From an uncultured Anaerolineaceae bacterium (GTDB taxonomy: Bacteria > Chloroflexota > Anaerolineae > Anaerolineales > E44-bin32): 59,491 nt of DNA. Positions 30,795 through 39,097 of the stretch are shown here, in pieces (position 1 is the stretch's first letter; the number at the start of each line of letters is the position of its first letter). The stretch spans positions 1-59,491 of the forward strand of contig CAZJUE010000001.1 of assembly GCA_964549025.1 (NCBI GenBank), written 5' to 3'. The notes below the pieces were generated by a model that was not told where the DNA came from, ran no database searches, and saw nothing but the letters and a program-made list of their open reading frames with translations. The position numbers were made by a program, and so were the translations under genes.

Positions 30795-31538
30795 CTAATT
30801 CGCCCGGCCGAACAATCTCCCCACCAGGCGGACCGGCAGGTTGAGCGTGCTACGCAGGACCGCGTTGTACCAGATGTTCTTGGCCTCCGACCACTGCACC
30901 CGTGGATCCACCAGGATCTTGTGGCTCTGTACCTGGCCGGCGATTCCGAATTGATCAGCCAATTGGGTCAGTACGTGCGTCCACAGTCGCTCCTGCTGAG
31001 CGGAGCCCCCCAGCACCCGATAGTGGAACTCGCCAATCGGATCGCTGGCCCGCTCCAGAGATTGGATCTGGGCCACGGTGGCGGATTCATCGACGTAGGC
31101 GCTGAAGGTGTTCCAGCCCGATACCGGGTGACCCTCCGGGCACATCAGCGTGAAGGACTCGTCGTCGCTGTAGAGCACCATGACACCGGTTTCAACCGGG
31201 CTTGGAACCAGCGGAAGTGTGGCGTTGATCAACACGATTTCACCGGGCTCGACCCCAGCCACCGAAGTATAGAAGCGGCTGTCATCCGGCATTAGTTCCG
31301 GCAAATTCTGCTTCCACTGCGCAACCACTTCTTGCGGGGTGACCTCGGCGCCCGACAGCCGAACCCGGTAGGTTCGTTGCCAAAGCTGCCCGAAGCCCTG
31401 CAGTGGGCCGACGACCTGACGCCCCTCAACGTTGAAATTAACTGCGCCGGCTGGAACGTCTGTTACGTGCAGCTTGGAAACCGGCTCGGCCCAGTGGGCT
31501 TTATCTCGTGCCACGACATTGTCCAATTCGGCGCTCAT
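30795..31538 (-). CDS. Conserved protein of unknown function, paralog A (possibly DUF1990-like)
   Basis: 247 aa, aligns end to end with ORF 31611..32369. Shared blocks are GRQVVGPLQGFGQ.WQ.TYRVRLSG, GVMVLYSDDESFTLMCPEGHP and AKNIWYN. The domain assignment is from memory and uncertain. Confidence 0.6.
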   Translation of the reverse strand: MSAELDNVVARDKAHWAEPVSKLHVTDVPAGAVNFNVEGRQVVGPLQGFGQLWQRTYRVRLSGAEVTPQEVVAQWKQNLPELMPDDSRFYTSVAGVEPGEIVLINATLPLVPSPVETGVMVLYSDDESFTLMCPEGHPVSGWNTFSAYVDESATVAQIQSLERASDPIGEFHYRVLGGSAQQERLWTHVLTQLADQFGIAGQVQSHKILVDPRVQWSEAKNIWYNAVLRSTLNLPVRLVGRLFGRAN

Positions 31539-31610
31539 CAGTCGGTAATGCCTCCATGCTCGGCGGGTCGGCTGGGAAGAGCGCTACCCACTAGCCCGCG
31601 CATATGCAGG

Positions 31611-32369
31611 CTATCCCTCGCCCCGGCGAAATACTCGTTTGAGCAGCCGAACCGGGGTGTACAGCGTACTTCGAACCGCGGAGTTGTACCAGATGTTCTT
31701 CGCCTGCGACCACTGGAGCCGGCTGTCGACCAGCGTCTTGCGGGTCTCGACCTGCCCGGAGACGCCATAGTGTGTCGCCAGCTGAGTCAACACGTGGTTC
31801 CAAATCCGCTCCTGCTGCTTTGATCCTCCCATGAAACGGAAGCCAAATTCAAAGATCGGGTCGTTTGCCCGAGCCAGGCTCTGGATCTGAGCCACCGTCG
31901 TACCGTCTTCGTCGGCGGCGCTGAAAGTGTTCCAGCCTGCTTCAGGATGGCCTTCCGGACACATCAGCGTGAAAGACTCGTCGTCGCTGTAGAGCACCAT
32001 CACGCCGGTGGCGATCTCGCCGGGAATGCCGGGCAAAGTGGCATTGATCAGCACCAATTCCCCCGGAGCGACTCCCGCTACCGAGGGATAGAAACGCGAA
32101 TTCCCCGGCATCAGCGTGGGTAATCGTTGCTTCAGGAATTTCACGACTTCGCTCGGACTGACGTCCGATCCGCTAAGCCGCACCCGGTAGGTCTTTTGCC
32201 ACATCTGGCCGAAGCCTTGCAGCGGGCCGACCACTTGCCGGCCGTCGACGTTCAGGCTGACTGCCCCACTGGGCACATCACCGACCCTCAATTTGGAGAC
32301 CGGTCCGGCCCAATAGGGTGCATCCCGGGATTCGACAGGATTGCTATCTGCGCTCACTTTGTCCTCCAA
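31611..32369 (-). CDS. Conserved protein of unknown function, paralog B
   Basis: 252 aa tandem paralog of 30795..31538 (see shared blocks there). Confidence 0.6.
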   Translation of the reverse strand: MEDKVSADSNPVESRDAPYWAGPVSKLRVGDVPSGAVSLNVDGRQVVGPLQGFGQMWQKTYRVRLSGSDVSPSEVVKFLKQRLPTLMPGNSRFYPSVAGVAPGELVLINATLPGIPGEIATGVMVLYSDDESFTLMCPEGHPEAGWNTFSAADEDGTTVAQIQSLARANDPIFEFGFRFMGGSKQQERIWNHVLTQLATHYGVSGQVETRKTLVDSRLQWSQAKNIWYNSAVRSTLYTPVRLLKRVFRRGEG

Positions 32370-32410
32370 GTCTTTGGTCCTTCCTTCAGCTCCAGCGATT
32401 GCTTTTGGGG

Positions 32411-32761
32411 TCAGATTGCAGCCAGAGCATCCGCTTCGCTGTCGTAGATCTGTATGGCTTCGTTCAGGCGAGTGAGTTCGAAGATCTGCTTGTAGTGGTC
32501 GGTCAGGCCGTAGGCCAGCAGCTGCTGTTCCTGCCGGTTGGCCCGGATCAGCAAGGTGACCAGCAAACCAATGCCGCCACTGTTCATGTACTCCAACTCC
32601 TCGAAGTTCAACACGATCGCGCCAGCCCCGTCACCACTGGCTTTAGTGTAGGCGTCCATCAAGGCGTTCTCGGCGAACGATGTGATTTCGCCCTGGATGT
32701 CCACCACGCTGGCCGTTTCGGCGATCGGTCGCACCCGCATGGTTACCTTTGATTCGGTCAT
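32411..32761 (-). CDS. STAS-domain anti-sigma-factor antagonist-like protein (SpoIIAA/RsbV type)
   Basis: 116 aa with LNFEELEYMNSGGIGLLV containing the conserved phosphorylatable Ser, and a C-terminal FELTRL motif. Confidence 0.85.
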   Translation of the reverse strand: MTESKVTMRVRPIAETASVVDIQGEITSFAENALMDAYTKASGDGAGAIVLNFEELEYMNSGGIGLLVTLLIRANRQEQQLLAYGLTDHYKQIFELTRLNEAIQIYDSEADALAAI

Positions 32762-32840
32762 ACTCGGATCTCCTCCGTGATGGTTTTTCCTCGGCCGCGC
32801 AGGCTGCGCGGCTCCGACTAGTCAGCCCCGCTCTGTGCGG

Positions 32841-33194
32841 CTATCCGTGCTTGAGCGCCGCGGTTTCGTCGCTCACGATCTCCATGAAATCCGACAGCCG
32901 GGTGATTTCGAAGATCTCAGCGTAGTGTTCGGTCAGGCCGTAGGCCACCACCTTGCGCTGGTCCTTGCGCGCCTTTCCTAGGATGCTGACGATCAGCGCG
33001 ATCCCGGTGCTGTTGATATAGTCGACGTCGGAGAAGTTCAACACCAAGGTCTCCTGATTCAAGGCACCGGCCTGCTCGTAGGCGGCGCTCAACACCGCTT
33101 CCGCGAAGCCGTTGATATCGCCTGCCAGATCAACCACCGCAGTGCCGTTGGCCTGGCGTACGTCCGCTTCAGCTTGTCTCTCTGCCATGTCCAC
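32841..33194 (-). CDS. STAS-domain anti-sigma-factor antagonist-like protein (SpoIIAA/RsbV type)
   Basis: 117 aa with LNFSDVDYINSTGIALIV and FEITRL. The start overlaps the end of the upstream phosphatase-kinase gene. Confidence 0.85.
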   Translation of the reverse strand: MDMAERQAEADVRQANGTAVVDLAGDINGFAEAVLSAAYEQAGALNQETLVLNFSDVDYINSTGIALIVSILGKARKDQRKVVAYGLTEHYAEIFEITRLSDFMEIVSDETAALKHG

Positions 33195-34773
33195 CTCCCT
33201 GCAAATGGAGGATCAACTCCACCGTATGGTGCCGATCGTCAGTGGTCACTTTCAGATCGTCCACCATGTTCTTGATCAGAAACAGGCCCCAACCACGGGG
33301 ACTCTGCATGCCCTCCAATTTGGCCTCCAAATCGGGCGTCTCCGGATTTGGAATGTCTTTGCCGCCGCCGCGGTCGGTAATGAACACCGAAAGCCTATCG
33401 GGCGAGCTTTCCAGCCGAATGTTCACCGGCCGATCCTCCTGGTACCGGTTTCCGTGCTCCATGGCGTTCATGGTTGCTTCGCCGACCGCGGTCTTGAGTT
33501 TCTCCAGCCGCCCGCTGGGCAGGCCGAGCGGTTTCACCGCCTCGCTGATCTGCTCGATAGCCAGGCGTTCGTTCCCAACTTGGCTCGGCAGGCTGAATTC
33601 AAGCTGCACCTGTGGGCTCGTATTCGCGGCCGCCTTCCCCAGGTCCGGATTGGCGCCCGCGGCCGCGCATTCCAGCGCCAGCAAAGTGACATCGTCTTCA
33701 TGTAGCCAACCACGCCCAGTGAACTTCTCCAGCTCGGCAACCAGTGTGTCAATTAGATCCGGCCCACCGGGATGCTCTGCCATCAGCTGTTTGACTCGCG
33801 GAAAACCGAACATCTCGCTGCGCTCGTTGTGCGCCTCAGCTAACCCGTCGCTCTGAAACAGTACGGTGTCGCCGGGGGACAGCTCGATCTGGTTTTCCTC
33901 GTACTGCATATCCGGCATTAGACCCAGCGGCATTCCCGTAGCTTTGAGCTCGGTCACTCCTTCCCCCGATCGGCGGAAGGCTAGCCCGTGGCCGGCGTTG
34001 GCGAAACGCAGGGTGCGCTTGGCCGGGTCGAGCACTGAGTACAGGCAGGTGACGAACATATTGTCCGGGATGTCGGGGACCAGCTGATCGTTGACCCGCG
34101 CCAGCACCCTGCCGGGCTCCACCAGCCGCTCGGCGGCCGCCCGCAGCACACTGCGGGTGGTGGCCATCACCATGGCGGCGGGCACTCCCTTGTCGGTCAC
34201 GTCTGCCACGATCAGCACCAGTTTTCCATCCGGAAGCTTCAAGAAGTCGTAGAAATCGCCCCCGACCTCGCGGGCCGGGCGGTAATAAGCTGCCACTTGC
34301 CAGCCGGGAATCTGTGGCAGCTCGCGAGGTAGCAAGGTCTGCTGGATCAGGCGTGCGATCCGCAGCTCCTGTTCCAGCCGCTCGCGGCGGCGGGCCTCGT
34401 CTTTCTGCTGACGCACCAGTTGCGCCACTCGCAGCGCCGGGGCGGCCTGGATAGCCAGGCTGCTGAGCAGCGCCCGGTCGTCCACCGAGTACTCCTGTTC
34501 GCTCAGACGGGGTCCCAGGTTCAGCACACCGATCAGCTCGCCTTGCGCCACCAATGGAATTGTCAGCCGAACCCCGGCCTGCTTGAGCGAATCCAGCGCC
34601 GGTGACTCCAGCTCAAGACGGTCTACCTCCACAACCCCGCGCGCCGACTGAAGGTAGCCGATGAGCGGATCGTTCGGTGCGATCTGGATGCTTCCGTCGT
34701 CGACCTGTGGGTCGTCGGTCTCTTCGCCCGATCGGGCCAAAATCCTCCAGAGATTGCTTATCTGGGTGCTCAT
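33169..34773 (-). CDS. Fused GAF-like / PP2C (SpoIIE) phosphatase / HATPase_c (RsbW-like kinase) protein
   Basis: GAF-like LTIPLVAQGELIGVLNLGPR. PP2C motifs REVGGDFYDF, VADVTDKGVPAAM and SDGLAEA. C-terminal GEATMNAMEHGN...DRGGG...GWGLFLI are the kinase N and G boxes. ATG 34773 is preceded by GGAGGA. Confidence 0.85.
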   Translation of the reverse strand: MSTQISNLWRILARSGEETDDPQVDDGSIQIAPNDPLIGYLQSARGVVEVDRLELESPALDSLKQAGVRLTIPLVAQGELIGVLNLGPRLSEQEYSVDDRALLSSLAIQAAPALRVAQLVRQQKDEARRRERLEQELRIARLIQQTLLPRELPQIPGWQVAAYYRPAREVGGDFYDFLKLPDGKLVLIVADVTDKGVPAAMVMATTRSVLRAAAERLVEPGRVLARVNDQLVPDIPDNMFVTCLYSVLDPAKRTLRFANAGHGLAFRRSGEGVTELKATGMPLGLMPDMQYEENQIELSPGDTVLFQSDGLAEAHNERSEMFGFPRVKQLMAEHPGGPDLIDTLVAELEKFTGRGWLHEDDVTLLALECAAAGANPDLGKAAANTSPQVQLEFSLPSQVGNERLAIEQISEAVKPLGLPSGRLEKLKTAVGEATMNAMEHGNRYQEDRPVNIRLESSPDRLSVFITDRGGGKDIPNPETPDLEAKLEGMQSPRGWGLFLIKNMVDDLKVTTDDRHHTVELILHLQGGGHGRETS

Positions 34774-34798
34774 CTGTCCTCCATTGTGCTTGGCATGA

Positions 34799-34837
34799 GT
34801 CCCGAAAGCGTTACGGCTGAGATGGGAGCAAGCTTCC
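34799..34837 (-). promoter_or_regulatory. ECF-like promoter candidate (GGAAGC-N16-CGTAACGCTTTCGGGAC), copy 1
   Basis: The minus strand reads GGAAGC (34837-34832), 16 nt, then CGTAAC (34815-34810). The 19-nt core 34799-34817 matches 44985-45003 at 18 of 19 positions. Confidence 0.4.
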
Positions 34838-34945
34838 AGGTAGCGGTATGGCGATCCTCGAACCGCCTGAGGCGGCTGCATTGCGACATGGCGAACCTTG
34901 GACCGCGCGGGCCTGGTGGCGCGATTGCATCGTTTGCACCCGGGA

Positions 34946-36388
34946 TCACTCGCTGCGTTCCCATTCCGCTGCGTGGAGCGCCCGCCACTCCGGGCTCAAT
35001 GGCACAACGCCAAGCTGTCGAACAATCTGTCGGGCCGCCAGCCCGACCACCGCGGTGAAAGTGGGGTAGGCCAGCTCCATCTCAGCCAATTGCTCGACCC
35101 ACATCCCGGCGGCCATACCGGCCGCCACCAGCTGCACGATTTCCAGCGCTTGTTCGCCAGCGGCGTGCGCACCCAGGATCCGATGGTTGTCCTGCGAAAT
35201 GATCAACTTGAAGATTCCCTCTGGACGCCCATCGATCACCGCCCGGTCCAGTTCGGAATACGGAACCACGGCGGTTAGATACTCGGCTCCGGCCTCAACT
35301 ACCGCCTGCTCGGTCAGTCCGACGCTGCCGTATTCAGGATCGGTAAACCCGCCGTGGGGCACGATCTGGTGTTCGAAGCGCAGTTCCGGACCGAGTACCG
35401 CGTTTTCGGCCGCAATGCGTGCCTCATAACCGGCGCTTTGCACCAGCATCATCCGTCCCGTGATGTCGCCGGCGGCGAATATGTGTGGGGCGCTGGTCTG
35501 CAAGTGTTGGTTGGCCGGCACGTAGCCGCGCTCCACCACCACCCCGGCCGCCTCCAGGTTCAACCCCTCGACGTTGCCGACCCAGCCGACCGCCAGCAGC
35601 ACCGCCTCGGCGCTCAGTTTTTGCTCTTCTTCCTTGCGGCTGTAGACCAGCTGCAAATCGTCCGTCTGGCCATTGATGCGCTGCACGCCGTCGATGCCGG
35701 TAATCACTTGGATGCCCCGCTCGGTGAAGCCGCGCTCAACTTCCTCGGAGATCGCCCGATCTTCTATCGCCAGCAAGCGCGGCGCCAGCTCGAGAATGGT
35801 CACCTCAGAGCCAAAAGCAGCGAAGTTGGAAGCCACCTGGCAGCCAGTGGCCGCCCCTCCGACGATGATCAGCGACCGCGGTTGGCGCTTTAGGGTCCAG
35901 GTGTCGCTGTGGGTCAGCGACAACTCCGAACCTGGGAAATCGATCCGACGCGGGTGGCCGCCTACACACAGGATGAACTTCTCACCGTGCAGTCGTTCAC
36001 CGCTGGCGAGCGCAACGGTGTGTGGACCGATGAAACTGGCCGAGCCGACCGCGGTCATGGTGTGCGCACCGGAATCTTCCAGGTGCTGGATCAGCTGCTT
36101 CTTTTCGTGAATGCCATACACTACCCGCCGGGTCCGCCGTAGCAGCTGCCCGAAATCGACCTGCGGCGGCGAACCCATCAGGCCGTACTCGACAAACTGC
36201 TCCGACTCGCGTTGCAGGCGGGCGGCTTTGGCCAGCACCCGGGTGGGAACGCAGCCGTCATTGGTGCAGGTGCCGCCCATGCGGTCGCGCTCGACCAGCG
36301 CCACTGAGGCGCCCAGCTCGCAGGCTCGCAGCGCGGCGGTGACTCCTGCGGGTCCCCCACCAAGCACCACCACATCGAATTCCTTCAC
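34946..36388 (-). CDS. Pyridine nucleotide-disulfide oxidoreductase (dihydrolipoyl dehydrogenase / mercuric reductase-like flavoprotein)
   Basis: VVVLGGGPAGV FAD fold, redox-active GGTCTNDGCVPT, a second dinucleotide fold IIVGGAATGCQ and a dimerisation-domain YPTFT motif. Confidence 0.85.
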   Translation of the reverse strand: MKEFDVVVLGGGPAGVTAALRACELGASVALVERDRMGGTCTNDGCVPTRVLAKAARLQRESEQFVEYGLMGSPPQVDFGQLLRRTRRVVYGIHEKKQLIQHLEDSGAHTMTAVGSASFIGPHTVALASGERLHGEKFILCVGGHPRRIDFPGSELSLTHSDTWTLKRQPRSLIIVGGAATGCQVASNFAAFGSEVTILELAPRLLAIEDRAISEEVERGFTERGIQVITGIDGVQRINGQTDDLQLVYSRKEEEQKLSAEAVLLAVGWVGNVEGLNLEAAGVVVERGYVPANQHLQTSAPHIFAAGDITGRMMLVQSAGYEARIAAENAVLGPELRFEHQIVPHGGFTDPEYGSVGLTEQAVVEAGAEYLTAVVPYSELDRAVIDGRPEGIFKLIISQDNHRILGAHAAGEQALEIVQLVAAGMAAGMWVEQLAEMELAYPTFTAVVGLAARQIVRQLGVVPLSPEWRALHAAEWERSE

Positions 36389-36403
36389 GTTGCTCCCTCG
36401 TGG

Positions 36404-37642
36404 CTATTCATTGCCAGTTCGCCTTCTCACCCAGAGCGATAAGTGGGATGGCTGCATGGTTTCCTGAGCGGTCTCCAATAGCGCCGATTGCATGAGCTCC
36501 AGATCCACCTCCTCGCGCAGGCGAGCCGAAAGCTCGTCCAGCACTCCTTGTGCGTCATACTTGGCCCGATTGAATCGGCGATCGACCGCGTTTTGCACCC
36601 GAAGGCGTAATGGGTTGAACAAGGCAGCCACAACCAGCGTCGAAACCACGACTCCGAACTGGCTCTGGAACGGAAGCAGCTGTTGCGCCAGCGTTACGGA
36701 GCCAGCGAAAACCGCGGCCAAGAGACTGACGACGATTGCATACGCCGCGGTGCGAGAAATGATCCGGTCGATGTCGTAAAGCCGGTATTTAAGGATGGCG
36801 ATCCCGATGGTGGTGGGCAGGCCGACGGACACAAAGATCAATAGGACCGCGTCGAGCTGCCCAGCTGCGGTAAATCCAAATACTGCTCGGGCCACAGTCG
36901 TCAGGAGCAAGGGCGCGATACCTGCGGTGGCGACAAAGAGGACCCATTTGATCTGCTGTCGAGCGTCGCCGACCGATTGCCGGTAGCGCCTGAGCAAGCC
37001 AACCAGCGACAGCACAACTGCCAGAGCCAACAGCGGCTCCACCGCCGAGCCTACGGCGGTGTTGATACGCTCGACCGCGGGAAGGTGGAGCGGATTGCTT
37101 GCACTCAGCAGGCATTCGGTGACAACTCCCTCCGTCCACACGGGCTCAACGCACACGGTTGACGTTCCGAACGCAGGGAGCAAAAGATACAACAGAATCA
37201 GGACACCGTTCGCCCAAAGCACAATCCGCCATCGGCGACTGGGAAGCTGGCCGTCGGGGAACAGCAGCACGCCGGGTCCAAGGATCAGCAGAATCGACAG
37301 GGCATACAGCCACCCACCCGTCTGAATCAGAACGGCGGCCGCGGAATCGTTTCCCGCATGGGCCTGGAGTGGGGCCATCGTTTCAATCACGTTACCGATC
37401 GTCCCTGCTACCCCGAAAGCCAGGAAGATCCATCCCAGTGGATTCCACGGAAGTTTGATCGCAATCAGCCATCCCACCAACGGGAAGACCAAAAACGAAA
37501 GCGCGAACCCCACGTCAAATGCAGCTAGCGCCTGGGCGCCTTGCGATCCCAGGATGAAAACGAACGCCAGCCATGTCGTGACAACCGATACCAATAAAAG
37601 CGTGGCCAGCGCGCTCGTCCAGCGGCGGCGTGAGCTGCTCAT
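36404..37642 (-). CDS. Polytopic membrane protein, kinase-less sensor-like family (member 5)
   Basis: LLFPDGQLPSRRWR, ARQQIKWV, ILKYRLYDIDRIISRT and C-terminal FNPLRLRVQNAVDRRFNRAKYDA...ETMQPSHLSLWVRR. Strong SD AAGGAG. Confidence 0.7.
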   Translation of the reverse strand: MSSSRRRWTSALATLLLVSVVTTWLAFVFILGSQGAQALAAFDVGFALSFLVFPLVGWLIAIKLPWNPLGWIFLAFGVAGTIGNVIETMAPLQAHAGNDSAAAVLIQTGGWLYALSILLILGPGVLLFPDGQLPSRRWRIVLWANGVLILLYLLLPAFGTSTVCVEPVWTEGVVTECLLSASNPLHLPAVERINTAVGSAVEPLLALAVVLSLVGLLRRYRQSVGDARQQIKWVLFVATAGIAPLLLTTVARAVFGFTAAGQLDAVLLIFVSVGLPTTIGIAILKYRLYDIDRIISRTAAYAIVVSLLAAVFAGSVTLAQQLLPFQSQFGVVVSTLVVAALFNPLRLRVQNAVDRRFNRAKYDAQGVLDELSARLREEVDLELMQSALLETAQETMQPSHLSLWVRRRTGNE

Positions 37643-37775
37643 TACCGCTCCTTAAGCCAGAGCGCACCAAGCGAGAGGAGGATCGATCGCTCGAGGATCC
37701 CAAGCGGATCGATCATCCACGAGCGTTTGCGCGGGATTGCAGACCGAGGTCGAGAATCCATCCTCCGAACTCAAC

Positions 37776-38525
37776 TCACTGCTCGACGATAAGGGTGCCG
37801 CGCATCCCGGCTTCAGTATGACCGGGGATCGCACAGACGAACTCGTACCTGCCGGGCTGCGCCTCGAAGGTAACTGACAACTCGGCTCCGACCGGCACCC
37901 GCAGATCGACGCCCAGTTCTTCGATGGTGAAGGTGTGCCAGAACAAATCGTCATTGGCCATGGTCACTGTGATTTCCCCGGCCGGGGCAGCGATCTCGGA
38001 ATCAGAAAATGCAACGTTCTTAGCCAGCAGCAGAACGTCCCCGGTTGCCGGCTCTGGGCGCGCGGCGCTGTTGCCCCAGATTATCAACCCCAGCAGCAAC
38101 CCAATCGAAGCGATCAGCCCCATCCGCGGAGCGCTGGTGGACAGTGAGTTTTCGGCCACGAGGAATCCAACAGCGGATACCAGGCCTAGCAACGCGACTG
38201 CCGCCAGTACTGCGGAGGTCATCGTCGACGACAGTTCGGAACCGACGCGGATATTGGTTATCGCCGCAGTCAGCATGAAGAACAGGGTGATGGCGGATGC
38301 GGCGGCCAGGCCGACGGCCCCCAGCCGCCCTCTGCGTACCCGAGTCATCCAGGTTGCCGCCGCGAATCCGACGGTCACCACCCCGCCCTCCAGGTCACCG
38401 AGTCCCAAAGAGACCAGGCCCATGGTGCCGGCGGCCAGGATGCCGGCGATGGTCACCAGTCGCCGCCAGGTCAGTCCCTGACCGACCGGCTCCGGATCGA
38501 CGTTACGCTGCGTGGGAATGCTCAT
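37776..38525 (-). CDS. Membrane-anchored cupredoxin (type-1 copper) protein
   Basis: About 5 N-terminal TM helices, then a cupredoxin domain with ligand pattern FWHTF...FVCAIPGHTEAGM (His...Cys-x3-His-x4-Met). Confidence 0.75.
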   Translation of the reverse strand: MSIPTQRNVDPEPVGQGLTWRRLVTIAGILAAGTMGLVSLGLGDLEGGVVTVGFAAATWMTRVRRGRLGAVGLAAASAITLFFMLTAAITNIRVGSELSSTMTSAVLAAVALLGLVSAVGFLVAENSLSTSAPRMGLIASIGLLLGLIIWGNSAARPEPATGDVLLLAKNVAFSDSEIAAPAGEITVTMANDDLFWHTFTIEELGVDLRVPVGAELSVTFEAQPGRYEFVCAIPGHTEAGMRGTLIVEQ

Positions 38526-39097
38526 GGTTGGGTACCTTTCGGTTCAAGCTCTCGAATCCAGAGCGAGAGGTGCGCCGGCTGCAGACCCAGAAAGAAGACC
38601 ACATCACTGGAGAAGATCAGCGAGGTTGCCCGCAGCAACCCACGCGCGGCCGGCAGGTCTGGTCGCCGGAGGTATGCGAATACCGCCATCGCCAGCATGT
38701 AGATCAGGAACAGGTAGCCAGGCCAGTTGGTCAGCAGGCTCGGAAGCAGATTGCGCGCTGCCAGCCGATGGGAGAGCTCGATGAACTCGGATTCGCGATC
38801 CAGCAAATAGGCAAGCTCGACCGGCGGCTGCGCCGTGCCTGGCATTGGGCGGGCCAGCAACGATTCAATTGATGGACCGTTCACTGCAACTATTCGATCA
38901 CGCCGCTGTAGCGGCGATCGCTGGTCTAGGATCTCACCGACGTACAAGCCCTGACCTTCCCGCGGTTCCCTCTGCAGGTCGAGCAGCACCCCATCTCCTG
39001 GCAGCAGTACTCTTGCACCGACGTAGATTGCGCTTGGAAGCACCAAGGCGACGCTCAATACGATCAGCCAGCGACTAGCTGAGGGGGCCGCGTTCAT
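38522..39097 (-). CDS. Short member or derivative of the sensor-like membrane family (member 4)
   Basis: N-terminal TM helix plus a PDZ-like stretch (YVGEILDQRSPLQRRDRIVAVNG). Retains the FAYLRRPD motif and the terminal LQPAHLSLWIRE tail. ATGA overlaps at both ends. Confidence 0.5.
   Translation of the reverse strand: MNAAPSASRWLIVLSVALVLPSAIYVGARVLLPGDGVLLDLQREPREGQGLYVGEILDQRSPLQRRDRIVAVNGPSIESLLARPMPGTAQPPVELAYLLDRESEFIELSHRLAARNLLPSLLTNWPGYLFLIYMLAMAVFAYLRRPDLPAARGLLRATSLIFSSDVVFFLGLQPAHLSLWIRELEPKGTQP

Noticed and set aside
37677-37715. Direct repeat GGATCGATC ... GGATCGATC in the 133-nt gap before the fifth sensor-like gene.
   Set aside because: It is a short 9-nt self-complementary GATC-based repeat that could arise by chance in this composition. 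No promoter elements were recognisable around it.
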